Assembly: GCA_025201805.1 (NCBI GenBank) | Contig: MU619245.1 | Coordinates: 319,160-383,159, forward strand | DNA: 64,000 nt | Origin: Parasitella parasitica NRRL 2501 | Lineage: Eukaryota; Fungi; Mucoromycota | Direction of reading: 5' to 3' | Shown: positions 50,558 through 64,000 of the stretch, in pieces | Position numbering within the stretch: the first letter of the stretch is position 1 | Layout: each line of letters opens with the position of its first letter | The notes under the pieces: model-generated | What the model saw: the letters and a program-made list of their open reading frames with translations, nothing else | Databases searched by the model: none | What the model was told of the DNA's origin: nothing | Program-made: the position numbers and the translations under genes

Positions 50558-53500
50558 TCAATTATATACAATGATAATATTTTTTTCAATCCATCCTTTT
50601 AACGTTGAGTGGTCGCTATTGGTAGTGTCTACGGAATAATCCGGCTGCAATTGCCCCGTTCTCAAATCGTGAGAATCGTCTTCATTGATGTTTAGACTCG
50701 AAAATGCAAGATGAGCGATTTTTCCAACTTCATCCCATAATTCATCACAAGTCATCGTATTGAGTGGACGAGAACTAAGGCAAACAGTGGCAGTATCAGC
50801 AAGTAGAACGTCAAAGTCATCATTAGCCATGCTATCATTGTCAATGTCATCAATAATGGATTGATCCACAATTCCTTCTACAGATAGATATTATAAAGCT
50901 TATTATCTCCCAAAAGTAGAAACAAATATACCATTAACAGCTGTGTTGCCAGAGTTGATTGATTCATCTAGATTTCCTAATACCTCAACATCTAATATAT
51001 ATGACGGGGCTTAATGGATAAATTCTCTCGAAAATTCATTAATAATAACCTTTTTCAGATAGTTGGGGAAAGAACTCAAACAAGTCTCTTTGAACTGATT
51101 CAGCTGGTTGTGGCTGTGGCTCAGGTTCAGGTTCTGATTGTGGTTCTGGTGTTTTGATTCTGATTGACTCTAATTTTCTTTCCTTTTGTGGTAAAATATT
51201 ATGATTTTCTGGGCTCGGTCTCTTGATACCGGCTCTGAATGTTGGGGCGTCATTGTCAATGAAACGCTTACAACATTTATGTCGACATCTACATTGTAGC
51301 TTTTATCAGTATCTCAACTGATTGACCATTTATCCAAGCTCTACCTATCTTTATTCTTGCAGAGGTGTTTGCAACTATAATACGCAGAGAATACATATAA
51401 AAAACTAATGAGTATAAATATGCAAAGCACCACTAAAATCACTTACGGCACTGAAGGTAACGATAGCTTCTTTTTTGACTTGTTCTTTTCGACTGATTCT
51501 TTTTCTTGCACCTTTTTAAACTCTGTAGACTCAAACGAAATACTAGGTCCAGCTTCTATATTGCTGATTTCTCTAAACAAATCATTGTACATATGAGAAT
51601 TCATATTACCATCCAATGCTTCAATTTCATCGACATCCATTTGTGTGTTCACACTTGTAGTCATAACAGGTGGTGCTGGTTTCGGGCTTGGCATTTTGAA
51701 AACCTCTTGCATTTCAACATCATCGTCTACTAACTCCAACGGGTCATTTTCTTGAACAGAATAACTTGATTTGGCTTGGAGTTCATTGCGATCAGGTGGT
51801 ACTTGAGGTTTAGATATGTTGGATGCGCCAGTTATTGAGATGAACTTTCGAGGATCGACTTTTGGTTTGAATTCTTTGTGGATATCAAGACCAACTATGT
51901 AAAATATGCAGAACAAGTTGCAGAACCACAATAAATAAGATTAACGTATACAAATATACACACATATCTACCATAGTCTCCACATTGTAAATGTGCATTG
52001 ATCGTACTGGTTGTAGATTCTATTTCTACTATGATGTCGAATTCGTATTTTTGATCAAGCAAATTAGACACTCTACCCAATGTAAATATAGGGTTAAATC
52101 AACCGGATGCATATTAATAAACTCACAAAGTACGACGGAAATCAACTAAGCGGTTGTCTGATGTTGCCATCCAGAATTGCACATAGCAGCATTTTCCTTT
52201 TATACTTCGCGCAATAACGTTTCTGTTTATCAGACTGATAACTAAATGTACTGAGATTTCAACATTGCCAGTTTCAGTGTTCGTTTCTGATTTACTTGGT
52301 TTCAACTGAACACAAAAAATGGACGGTTAATATTTATTTGTAGCGATTAAAATGAGCTTACCTGGTGGATATCAAGGCTCAAATGTGGTAATATGGAGAT
52401 TTCTTTACAGAGCTTGATTCCAAAGGGTGGGTTTCGGTGTAGCAACTATTTTTGTTTAGATCATTTCATTTACATTTTCAATGTAGGTACAAACTTGTTC
52501 AAATCTGCCAGGATCACAGTCTCTCAGCTGGTCAAAGTTGATTAGATTGGCTTGTGCAATAGTTTTAGCATACTGTGAGCCAATGCCTGGTAATTGTCGC
52601 GCGTTGTAGGGAGAGTTAGACCACATGTGCGCTTGTAAACACTGATACAATTCTAGTGCGTATTTCAATTTGGCAGCATTTTTCTCTTGAATACTACAGT
52701 CAATCAAACCTAAACCACAGCATTAATGCATTTGTGAAATAGAGGGCATTTGTTACCAGATACTAACATCTTGCTATGCGGCTTGAATGCTTCATGATGG
52801 CAGCTCCTTCAATTGCCAGTAACGTATTTCCGCCGTTACTGTTATTCATTGAAATGTCTCCTAGTATGCATTGAATCATCATGAAGACCTTATCCGATAT
52901 GCTAGCAATCCTTTCAATTGGAAAGCGGATGTTGTCGTGGTTACTGATTGAATTCAGAAACTGTTTATCTCCTTGATTGAATCGAATAGTATCCATTTCT
53001 TCATGCGACCTACTGATCAGCTCGAGAGTCTCCTTGATCGATGTTGGCGTTTTGCTTTCCATTAACTGGACCATAGTTGGGAATCGTATATAATATATAT
53101 CCATGGCATAACCATACTCTGTGGCCTTGAGAGTCAAATCAGCTGCTTTTTGAATAAGGTTATGACGCTCTAACAACTCCAAATTCTTGGAGCATATCTC
53201 TTGCAGTATAGTACTTGATGATATTGATTCGTGGTTTAATTTGTAGTGAACAGGGTTTTTGAGCAATCTAACATACAAAAACGTCGACTGCAACCACTTC
53301 AACGCAGTAACTTGGTTCGTAATTGTACCCAAGCAGATCTCTGAAGCTAGATGCTCAATTAAGTTTTCATGGAGCCGGCTTTCAAGATGAGTTGTTCCGG
53401 ATACCAACGACTTATAACGAAGCTCCATCCCCAAGGTTGTTAGAATTACTACACAACCTGATGTATCCAAGCCAGGTCGACCAGCTCTCCCCATCATTTG

Positions 53501-55781
53501 AAGTAGATCAATATCAGAGTATTCGTCTAAGCTTCCATTTTGATAACCTGCTAAAACGTAAATATAAGCGCTTGCTTTGGCGTTTTATATTGCTGTTTAT
53601 TATCCTGACCTTGAGTAGACTTGATAACAACTAAATGAGCTGGCAGGTTTACACCTACAGCCAATGTCGATGTTGTAGCTATTCATCTTGTTAAATACAC
53701 TGCTTCTATCAATGTTTTGCTGGGTATTCTTACCTATAACTCTTATATCCCTATTCATGAATTGATTTTCAACCTGAAAACGGTCGGAAGGATCCAACCC
53801 AGCTAATTTAAAAAACATTAAACTAAATATATCAAAAGAAAGCTTTGTATGTAAATTTGATACCATGATGAAAAGCTACTCCTCTTTTAATAAACTTGAG
53901 CAAATTCTTGTTCTTGAATCTAATGCTGGACTGCGCAGAAGGTCCACTGTTGCTGTATATACAGTTAAGTTGCATACAATCAAAAGCACATGTTATATCA
54001 ATGCTATACACTCACCTCAATGTCGATATACCCTTCTTGTCCATTAATTTTGCAATAGTGAAACAAGCTTGTTCTGCAGATTTACGAGTAGAACAAAACA
54101 CCAACACTGGTTTTCTGTCGCTATGCTTTTCGATCATATCCAACAACCTGTTTTTTTTAAAAAAAAAAGATATTTTTTTCTTGAGATCTTGTAAGTATTA
54201 CTATTTACTTACTTCCAATCCAGGTTGCGATCAAATAAAAACATATTTCCTTCTCGGTACGGGTATCCATACACAAATCTTTCGAGTTTGATGGGTCGAT
54301 ATTCCTCCGAAAATGCAATAGCTAGTTTATAGTTAGATACATGTTTTTAGGTTAGACTTGTACTTACGCTTTGCGTGTAACCAAGTCGCAATATCTTCTA
54401 GGTTGGGCACAGTGGCTGAAACAGCAATATAACGTAAATTGATGTCCATTGTCTGAAATTTAAGCAAAATGTGTCAAATCAATTTACCCCTGATTTATGC
54501 GAAAGTATGACAGTTACCTGCATTCTGCTTACGCAAGCCTCTAAGCATGCTCCACGCCTTTCATTTAGTATGTGAACTTCGTCAATCTGTGTGAAGTGTT
54601 TTAATAAAGGTAAGATAGTATGTTCAAATAAAGCAATTTCATACTAAAAACAAATTGATTAGTTTCATTAATTGCTTATGATCATTCCAGCGTCTTGTCA
54701 TGGAGTCCCACTTTTCAGGTGTAGTTATGCTATTATATGTATGAATACATACAAACTAAATTAGCTAAATATATATATTGTGAGTATGTGCGACATACAT
54801 AATTGTGGTTTTCCTGATAGCCGAGATAGAACTTCGTTGAGTATCTCCGGTAAATTCACCACCTATATAGTATATTTATGGATTGAGGTAAGTAAATGTC
54901 AGTAGAGACGGAAAATATACTATACACTCGATACCGAGAGGTTTGAATTTCAGCTGCCAATCCTTGGCTCTCTCACTGCACAAACTTTTTGTTGGAGCCA
55001 TGTAAATCACTTTGGAGTTACTACCGCTGTGAAGAAGTGTTCGGATAATAGCCAGCTCCATAAATACGGTTTTTCCAGACCCAGTAGGCGCTATACCTGG
55101 CGTTTAATAAATTTGAGTTATGTCTACTTGGTTCTGATGCTTACCTGAAAAGACCAGATTGTTGTCTTCATAGAATATCTATAAGTAAGAATGAGCTTAT
55201 CGTGGTATTACTATTCACCCTATATAAACTGTATGCAACAAACATCTGCTAGACATTTTGATTGGATAATATTGAATAGACCAAATTTGAATATGGAATC
55301 GAATGGTTTTGCTATAAACATGATGTCTGTTCAGCATGGTACAAATTTATAAACAAATACGCTGCGATAATTTATACGGATCTCACTAGTCGGCCTCAAT
55401 TCATTGATGCTGGTATTCATATGAGTGATAGATTGCTGATGGGCTACCACAGCTACTGAGTAATATTTGAAATTTGACATCATTATGTGTATTCATGGTT
55501 TTACCATCATTAACTGTGGTAGAAGAATTGAATGGCTTTAATTTAAGTTTATGTTAGCATCAATAAACAACACAATTGTCATATCATACCTTACTGACAG
55601 TTGTACCTGAAGATGATAATACGTGAGGCAATATCCCACCATGCTTTGCTTCTATACCGTCTAACAGTGCCTCTTCTCTTGCTAACCAATTTCCAATAGA
55701 GTTAAGCGAATCTTTTGATGTTTGATTAAGACAATCTGTAATAGACTGATAATTTTCCTGTTTGTAAAATGATCTCTGCAT
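50558..55781 (-). CDS. MER3: Meiotic DExH helicase Mer3/HFM1 with Sec63 domain (many exons)
   Basis: APTGSGKT, IYMAPTKSLCSE, TTPEKWDSMTRRW, IDEVH, AVSATVPN, VFCSTRKS, TSTLAVGVNLPAHLVVIKST, QMMGRAGRPG, LESRLHENLIEHLASEI, C-terminal CKHLCKNKDR/CRHKCCK zinc motif. Confidence 0.9.
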
Positions 55782-57398
55782 TGTTAAATTGATTAATGTT
55801 TAGCAGGTAGGGAAAGAGAGAGAAAAAAAGATAGTTTGCCAGATTAAGCAGCGTATTTATCAGTGAATCAAGTGATGTGATGCCAATAAAACTAATAATG
55901 TATTCCAAATTCTTTGGTGTATAACACATAGGTCTTTGATTTATAAAAGATAATAGTGACATGTACAAGCGACGTTCGATCTTCGAGTACTTTCGAATTA
56001 TGAGAGAAAGCCGGTGATTCCTACTGTACTCGGTATAACATTGATAGCACAATCCAAATGCCACTACAAGCCAATCTTCTTACTTCCTAAAAGCGCAGAA
56101 TTATATAAGAAAACATGTGCATTTGTTAGATGTCCAAGTATAAGGGGGGGGGGTTTAGAGATATTATCTCCTATATAGTCAAAGTATAAGATTTATTCAT
56201 ATAAAATGATATTAAATAAATTGCGGATAAGATGGGTATCCATAATAATGGATCCCATGAGTACCAGTTAATCCCTTCCGACTTGTAAGAATGAAAAATG
56301 TAATAAAAAAACATCTGAATTATCTCCTATATAACTGTATATCAAATGTCATGTCCTCTACTTTCGTTTCCTTTTGGGCACAACCAAGTACACTCGGTGA
56401 AGCGCTGGCTACTCATCTTGATTATGTTTTATTTTAGAATACTAAACCAGTGCATATAAAGCAGCTCAAGAAAAAACGCACGTTTGATATATGCCTGGGA
56501 TGAAATAACCTATTTTTTGAGTAAAGTATCTGCACATGCTTGAGTCATAGTTTTCTAGTGGCTCTTCTGCCTCTAATATTTGACCATCAGACTGGCTTTC
56601 GCGCGTCAAGCTTTCAATACCAGTTATACTTGGAAGGTCCCTCATTTGTGAGAAAATGATACGCTTTTTACCTTGAACTAAGCTGATTTGTGAGTTCATC
56701 CTAACAACGGCCTTGATCAACAGAGTTAATAGATAGCATAAATTGAATCTGATTTCTGTAATTGAGCTTCAAGTGATCAGAGTTATCGAAAGATGAATAG
56801 CTTTGTTACATGAAAGTATCTTGAAATAAAGTGGGTGGAGCCATACCAGAGCCAATGCCTAATCATCCTATCGGCAACTGGTATAGAATTATTACCAGTA
56901 GTCATTATCTGCTAGTTACCAGTTTAGCATTAGCAAGTATACACCAGGGCAGTGATGATGCTTCAATACAAAGGATACGACGTGTTTGTGGTCACTAGGC
57001 CTTCCGGTCGACAAAGGAGCTCTTAGGAATAGCCCTAAGGCTGCCTACAAGAACCCTTTTTGTGCTTCTTCTTTGAGTCCAAAGTTATGGCATGCTGCAG
57101 TAAATTTTCGGAGGTCCGGTTATCGAAGTTGTGGTTCGGGCAGATTTCTATGTATGCTATTTTAGTACAGAGCCAGGTTCAGGGATAAACACCAAATTAC
57201 TAACGATAGTTGTGGGACTAATTGTTGAAATGTAGCTTGAACATAAAGGAGCTATACCAAAATAAAGGAGGACGCCATGCGCCCTGCATCTCCTATAACG
57301 GATAATGCCTGTCTACATAATTCGCTTATATAACGTAGCTTACTTGCCTCATTGTCGATTTCTTCCTCTCTTTCCTTCCCTTACAGCAGTATATAATT

Positions 57399-58586
57399 AT
57401 GACAGCTATGGTCTCCATTTCAAGCATGCGGCGTGTACGTCTTCTACCAACCCTAGAAAAAACACCATCGATTCACTCAAAATGCTTTCTCAGTTGTACT
57501 CCTATTAATAATTTCATGTTGCCACCACCAACACACACAAGCGCCATAATGAAGGATAGCATGGAAAATTCCGTAAAGATAAAAGAGCGCCTGCTTAAAC
57601 CTTCATTAAGAAATATAGAGATTGCCTGCCCTGAAAGTATTGAAATAACTGCTGTTAATAAATCTGTCCATTTCAATGAACCTCTTGCCCAGGTAGTACA
57701 TTTCTACACGCCACCTCCTTTGGACGAATACGATGAATACGATGAAGAGGAAACCGAGGAGGAAGAAGAAGATATGCTAGAGGATGCATTTCTCAAATTG
57801 TACTCACTAAAAGGCTTGCAAGATGATTGTGGTTCAATTGACAATGTTCAGCCAGCAGTCGCCAACCAAGTTGCCATCAGCAAGCCCACCACTATCAGCA
57901 GCAATCATTTGTCGCTACCCAATTGGCCACTGCCTAATCATCCATGGAAGCGTTTTATATCACAAATAGTTAGCTTAGAGAGCATTGTTTGGGACAATAC
58001 CTTGCAAGTTGTACAGGGAAGAGTGCTGGTACATAATTTGGCATATGAAAAGAAGGTGACTATTCGATGCTCTTTTGATGACTGGAAATCTTGGATAGAT
58101 GTAGATGCGCACTACAAAAAACCTGCATTCAGTGGCGATGAATCAGCTGGTAGTAATAGCGCGTTCGACTGTTTTCTATTTAAAATTAATGTGGCGGATA
58201 ATAATCAATTCAGCTGTAGTATGGCGATACGCTATCAAGCGTTAGGTCAGGAGTTTTGGGATAACAACAACGGAAACAACTTTACTGTTCAATCAATGCC
58301 ACCCTCATCTAAAACTGGAAATACTTCATCACCCTTCGAAGCTGCAATGCAGCAGCCTGACAACAATGAAGAAGGATTGCCGATCATTCCAAGATTAAAC
58401 TTTACGGAGTGCAATAAGATTCATCAGGAGAAAGCAGCAGAAAAGAGTAATAGTGTTCATATTGTGTCACAATCAACGACAAGCAGACATCAGTTTGATA
58501 GATTCAAATATTCGAAATATGGAGCCAGTAAAATAGCAGTTCCTATAGCAGCAAAAAAGAGATCCAACACGGTAGCAAAAAGTTGA
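57399..58586 (+). CDS. CBM21 domain PP1 regulatory (glycogen-targeting) subunit
   Basis: KPSLR and RVxF-type KSVHF; CBM21 motifs GRVLVHNLAYEKKVTIRCSFDDW, FDCFLF, AIRY...EFWDNNNGNNF. Confidence 0.88.
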   Translation: MTAMVSISSMRRVRLLPTLEKTPSIHSKCFLSCTPINNFMLPPPTHTSAIMKDSMENSVKIKERLLKPSLRNIEIACPESIEITAVNKSVHFNEPLAQVVHFYTPPPLDEYDEYDEEETEEEEEDMLEDAFLKLYSLKGLQDDCGSIDNVQPAVANQVAISKPTTISSNHLSLPNWPLPNHPWKRFISQIVSLESIVWDNTLQVVQGRVLVHNLAYEKKVTIRCSFDDWKSWIDVDAHYKKPAFSGDESAGSNSAFDCFLFKINVADNNQFSCSMAIRYQALGQEFWDNNNGNNFTVQSMPPSSKTGNTSSPFEAAMQQPDNNEEGLPIIPRLNFTECNKIHQEKAAEKSNSVHIVSQSTTSRHQFDRFKYSKYGASKIAVPIAAKKRSNTVAKS

Positions 58587-59035
58587 TGATCAGATTGACA
58601 CCAAACCATATAAACAGAATGCCATGTACTACTATACAGTTACAGACGAAAGTATTGATTGTAGAGCAAAGATGCAATAAAGTGTAATGATTTTTAATTA
58701 AAAAGTTAAATACTCCTTGTTATTAGTTTTCCTATTCCAGGCTCCTATATGCACATTCAAGTTACATATATTACCAAGGGTTGAATCAAGGATGATGTTA
58801 CGAGCTCCTTTTAACATCGATCCTGTAAACTTGTTTAAACATCAAACGCCTTGGGGAAACAAGCTGCATCGACAGCTATTTACACGATTTTTAAATACTT
58901 ATGATTCAAGCTCTTTACACAAGAAAAAAAGATTTATTAAGATAAAATTATAATATACATAAGTTGAAATATACTTGTCGATTGAGAACAAATAAGAGAT
59001 TTCGAAAGTAATATAGTACAGAAATTCAAGAGGAA

Positions 59036-61660
59036 TTAGATTCTCTCTTGGGTATATGAAGCAGCACGAACAGCATCCTCCAGATCCCAGTGAAAGAATG
59101 GATAGCGATCAATAGGAAGACCACGGTCTAAACGAGGATAATACTCGACTTGGCCTTGACCATCGATATTGATTACATAGGACATGCGGCTGCTGTTGGA
59201 AATACTTGCTGGTTGTTGCTCGTGTTTATGGTGGGACTGGATGGATGGTACTTTTTCGATGGAGAGATCCGGTTCATTGTCCACTTTCTCATTCACAGAA
59301 AAATGATTATTAGCGGCTGTGTGTTCATTTGAAGACTCAGAGGAAAGAGAAGAGCCATTAACTTCTGCATCGTTATTGAGCTTGCCATCTTTGTTGTTAA
59401 CATCACATTGAGGACCATCACGGTAGACAGGAACAACGGGTAATAACTCGCCCGTACGAGGGCCACGACCTGCTTGACTTCCGAACCCGCTAGTTAAAAG
59501 AGCACTACGAATAGCAGGTGTTGCGAGTGCAGCGAAATGCCACTCAACTTCGTAGCCGGCGAAACGGTTGAGAGTAAGCTTGAGATCGAGCAAGGTTTGC
59601 ACACCAGTAGAATCTAAGTGATTAATAGCAGAGCAGTCTAGTACGATGGCTCGGAGCTTGGGCAACTCTAATTCATCGGCTGGATTCGCAGTTTCATCAG
59701 ACTCGGCAATAGATGAAGCATCCTTCTCACCATCCTTCTCACAAGTAGGGGCCTTCTTGGCTAGTGGACGACGATCGTTCCAAGCTCTCTCTCCCTTGGT
59801 TGTAGGAGCAGGCGCACCCGAGTTGAAATTATCTTGAATGTAATGCATAATCTTGTCTGATATATACCCGGCATTAGGATACGTCAGCGATTCGTCGAAA
59901 CGAAAGATTACGACACCAGCAGGCGGGTCTTCTACTAGATGGTGAAGCGATTGGTGATCTTGTTTAACATAAATGTAGTGGGTGTGCTCGTCTTGCTTTG
60001 TAGTTGTAGTTTCGCTTTCTTCTTCCTGGGTATCGAGAATGACAACGCCCTTTTCACTATGAGGATCTTTTGGGTTATAATAGTTGGTGGACGGCTGGAC
60101 AGGAATGCGACCCAAGACAGAATAACGAGGACGGGCAATACGGAGCAACAATGCAGCAATGGACAAGATGACAGAAACATAAATACCGTATTCAACAGAG
60201 GTAAAAAATGTAATCAAGACAGCAGCTACAAATGTAAAAAGCTCAAAGAGATTGACTCTGTAGAGCTGACGTATAAATTTGGGACCAGAAACAAGGTCTG
60301 CAACAGCATGGATGATGATAGCTGACAGAATGGCGTCTGGAATGTAATAGAATGCAGGTGTCAAGGCGTATAAACAAAGGAGTACAACGAGAGCCGAGAA
60401 TACACCGCTCATAGGAGTACGAGAGCCACTACGCGCAGTAATTGCAGTACGAGAAAATGAGCCGGTATTGGGATACGCGCCTTCAATGAATACAAGTTAG
60501 AATTATCGTTCATAGAACCAAGTGGATACCAGCTGAATATTTACCGAAGAAACTGCCAATGACATTAGCAGCACCAATAGCAATGATTTCTTGATCGGCG
60601 TCAATCTTGTAATTGTTGATACGACCGAACGACTTTGCAATAGCAACGTGTTCCAAAATTAGGATAATAACAACAGAGGGGAGCGTGCCAGCAACCTCAG
60701 ACAAAAGGTGAATGTCCACAGTAGGAACTCCCATAGCAGTAAACCCTGATGGCACAGTCTTCAATATACTGATTGGGCTTTTGTCTCTCCCGATGTTAAT
60801 CAAGAAAGCAATCAATGTACCAAAAATAACAAGAACGCCGTTGCGCATAATGTTGGCGAAAAAGAAAATCTTTTCATGCTTGGGGTATTTCTTGGTCAGA
60901 TAGCCTGTTCCCCATCTAACCGAGTAGAGCCAGACGAGGCCAATTATGCCAAATGCAGCATCTAACTTGGTCTCTGGCAAGTATTTGAAGAAGTTTCCAA
61001 AGATGAGATAAGCAGAGTCGTGTGTGTTGACAGAGGTCATGCCAAATAGTTTTGGCCATTGGCCTACGGAAATAGTGATACTGCTGCCTGTCATAAAGCC
61101 TGCAATGGCAGGCCCTGGAATAAAATCTACTAAAATACCAAGGCGAACTAGTCCGATGAACAAGGCAATGAAACCGCCAAACAATGACAAGACTACGGCA
61201 ACTTGAGGTGCAGTGTATTGGCCAGATGCTGTAACGTTTGTCACTGTTTGACCAACCAAGAGAGACATGACAGCTGTGGGGCCGATGCTGATATCCTTGG
61301 AAGTACCAAAAAGGCAGTATAAGCATAAGCCGACAAATGAAGAGTATAAACCGTATTGCTATGGACAGTATATATTTGATTAGCAATATTGCAAAGAAGT
61401 TCGATAAAAAAACTTACGGGACTGAGGTTGGCAATTTTAGCATACCCCATGCCTTGAGGTACAGCAACAATACCTACTGTGACTCCAGCAATTATATCTG
61501 ACAAGAGCCAAGTTAAATTGTATCGATGAATCCAATATATAATGGGTAGCAAATTTGAGAGGTAATACTTCAAGTATTTCGGTATGCCTTGAGAAAATTC
61601 TTTGAGCTCTTTTTTGTAGGAGATCTCCTCATAATCTAACACAATTGGACTATTAGGCAT
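59036..61660 (-). CDS. SUL1: SulP/SLC26 sulfate permease with STAS domain
   Basis: SDIIAGVTVGIVAVPQGMGYAKIANL, YGLYSSF, GTSKDISIGP, EHVAIAKSFG, YPNTGSFSRTA, STAS FRFDESLTYPN...LDCSAINHLDSTGVQTLLD, PFFHWDL. Confidence 0.95.
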
Positions 61661-63354
61661 TTCTCTCTCTCTCTCTCTCTATGGTGAATGTTGGATATGG
61701 TAATATTATACGAAAAAAATAAGAAAGAAGAGAAAGAGGGAGATAAAAAAAGGTTATATATACTATTTAAGCAGCATTTAAGCAAATCCTCGAATATACC
61801 TTGTGTTACTGATTTCAATGATGTTTCGCAACAAGACGTCAAAGCACGCAATCGTGAACCTTGATAATTGAGTGCCAAATAGCCAATCAACCTAATCCGG
61901 CTATGGTTTTGCAAGGTCGAGTCCCCCCACAAAATATATAAGGTGTATCGTATTAGCCAGCCATGGATATATATTATAATAATAAATATAAGCATTTCAT
62001 GAAACTGATGGTTCAATTCATTGTGTATTACATAAGCGTCATTGTTTGATAAACAAAAAAAAATCATGGGTTCATTCGATTCAAATCGTTCGCATTTAGA
62101 GTATTTTATAGTAAGCGAAATTTGAGACTTGAATTAAGTTTTTGTGTAAGCAATCCCTCTTCCACGCTACAAGTCCAATGACCTTAGTAAGGTTTTTTTG
62201 TTCTTGTAATATAATTATATTAATTTTGTTATATGGATTTATTCTTTCATGTACAGCACTGATATGTAATAAAAACAACTATCATCAACCAGATAACAAG
62301 TATTCAAGTACGCAATTTTAATGTCCAAGATCAATCAGATTTTAGTCTTTTAATAGATTTGAAACAAAAAGCAAAAAGCAAAAAAGGTTATTTTGCTCAC
62401 GCGTATTATTTATGCTGGATCTCTAGAATGACTTTGATGGTAGCACTTGAATCCAGAGGAAAATCTTGGTTTCAATCATATGGACAATGGTGACGCTCTT
62501 AAATAACTGCAGTACTATGAAGCGTTATCTATAGTTGTAACCAATTCAATTTGCTGGCTTATTGATGTAGATAAAATTCTGCTGTGGTAGATCAAACATA
62601 TTGGGTGCATGTCAGGTGTCATGGCAACGGATCCAGGGGCTGCATTTGTAAACCCACGCTGCAGTTTCCTCGTTGCTTTCGGAATCAGGTGGGGAAATTT
62701 TAGTATAAAAAAGCTCAATAAAAATAATGTTTCGTCAGCAACTTGCAAGTAATAATGAAATACAGTAAAACCTAATGTAGTATCTAAATATACAAACAGA
62801 AAACTTTTTGTTTTACGGTGTCTATAATATAGATACATTCAATACTATACATATTTCGATATTATACGCCTCAAGATACTTGTTAACACATAACTTTCAA
62901 ATCAATCTGCTCCAAAACCTTTCAAGATCCTAATGATCGTATGTGCTTATAGCTTGTTTAGATGGCACATGTTTCTACCTTAAAAGCTGAAAAAATAGCT
63001 AAAAAAAATCAAAACTTGTCAAAATTTAACCAGCAGTGCCTAAAACATGACTTCAGCTGCTATATACAGCATTTAATGTGGGATATTGAAGAAAGGGTAC
63101 AACTACATCATCGTACCTATTGTATACGCCTGCGCGTGTGTGTGAACATTCGTTTATGAAAGGCACATATGATATCAAGACAAACAGTTACAGATTTACC
63201 CTTTTTCAAATCTTTTTGTATTCTTTATTGGTATATGCAGGTAGAATGTAATAATGGGCAAAAGTTGCTTATAGAATATGTTTTACGAAAAAAACTAAAA
63301 AAATACTTGTTAGGAATTAAAAAATTACATGCATCAAAAAATAGGGCCTACATA

Positions 63355-63678
63355 TCAGTCATCTCGCCTATACGATGATTTTTCTGAATTGATGTCATTC
63401 AGATCCATTGTAGATGTCAAAATAGACGATGATACTCGTGGAGTCAAGATCCTTTCTATGGTTGGTGGTAGTAGCTGTGTAGTCATTGCAAATAGATCAG
63501 TATTTGACAACGAAATCGATTTCCCAGTAGGTGGTGATGGAATAGGGGCATCTACCAGTGCTGTAGATGCTTTGTTTTGTAACGTGGATGACGTGGAAGC
63601 TCCGGCACTGTAGCGGATTGATGTATGACTTTTTGGATCAAATAATAAGGCTGGCTCCATGAATGAAAGCCCATGCAT
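63355..63678 (-). CDS. Orphan S/T/P-rich ORF (107 aa), possibly a gene or transposon relic
   Basis: Open frame with coding-like composition; no recognisable domain. Confidence 0.2.
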   Translation of the reverse strand: MHGLSFMEPALLFDPKSHTSIRYSAGASTSSTLQNKASTALVDAPIPSPPTGKSISLSNTDLFAMTTQLLPPTIERILTPRVSSSILTSTMDLNDINSEKSSYRRDD

Positions 63679-64000
63679 GACGTGGCCTTGTCCATGATAT
63701 ACTGTAACGGTATATCAAGCTAAATTCCGAAAGAAGAAACAGATGATTTTTGGTTACTTTTTATAAACAATTTATAAGTGGGAATGTCACTTACCCAATA
63801 GTATTAAAAGGTCAAAGTCAAAGATGCAGCGCTCGATTAATATTGAGTTATCTCCACGTTTTATATTTCTTTACTAATCTTCAAAGAGTATTGCCTCCAT
63901 CGAAAGGCGAGCCCAGCATCTGTTTTCTGTACAAAAAAGATAGGGCTAAATTGTTGAATTGTTTGCGCTTGGCAGTGGTGGGGTTTGGGTCGAAGCAGGG

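Noticed and set aside
1-64000. tRNA/rRNA/snRNA genes, mating-type locus, secondary-metabolite cluster
   Set aside because: No recognisable signatures by eye; a covariance-model scan would be needed to exclude small ncRNAs.

Overview
Eukaryotic, AT-rich, gene-dense fungal DNA with many short (~50-70 nt) GT-AG introns. The gene content and LINE type point to a Mucorales (Mucor-like) genome; this is an inference. I reconstructed about 20 protein genes, most of them spliced, by hand: Nudix hydrolase, kanadaptin-like FHA protein, alpha/beta hydrolase, ING PHD protein, eIF3m, Cti6-like PHD protein, a degenerate NDK-domain protein, UPF0014 permease, a MetR/Cys-3/Zip1-type bZIP, gamma-tubulin, MTD1, acyl-CoA thioesterase, Arv1, a sugar porter, an EEP-fold enzyme, a lipase/sterol esterase, Gna1, an F-box gene with a pseudogene paralog, a half coronin-7, Mer3/HFM1, a CBM21 PP1 subunit and a SulP sulfate permease. 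There is also a 5'-truncated LINE with a poly(A) tail and a perfect 11-bp TSD. The best candidate for an undescribed system is an array of eight same-strand TTCAACAT motifs with unrelated spacers in the 3' UTR of the sulfur-regulator bZIP gene. Other notable items are two convergent genes with interlocked stop codons, a His-less NDK-like pseudo-enzyme, a Gna1 ending in a PTS1 (-ARL), an intronic inverted pair of TGAGTCA sites upstream of MTD1, and a 20-21-bp phased repeat. I found no tRNA, rRNA or CRISPR array. Exon boundaries were read by eye and no database searches were run.
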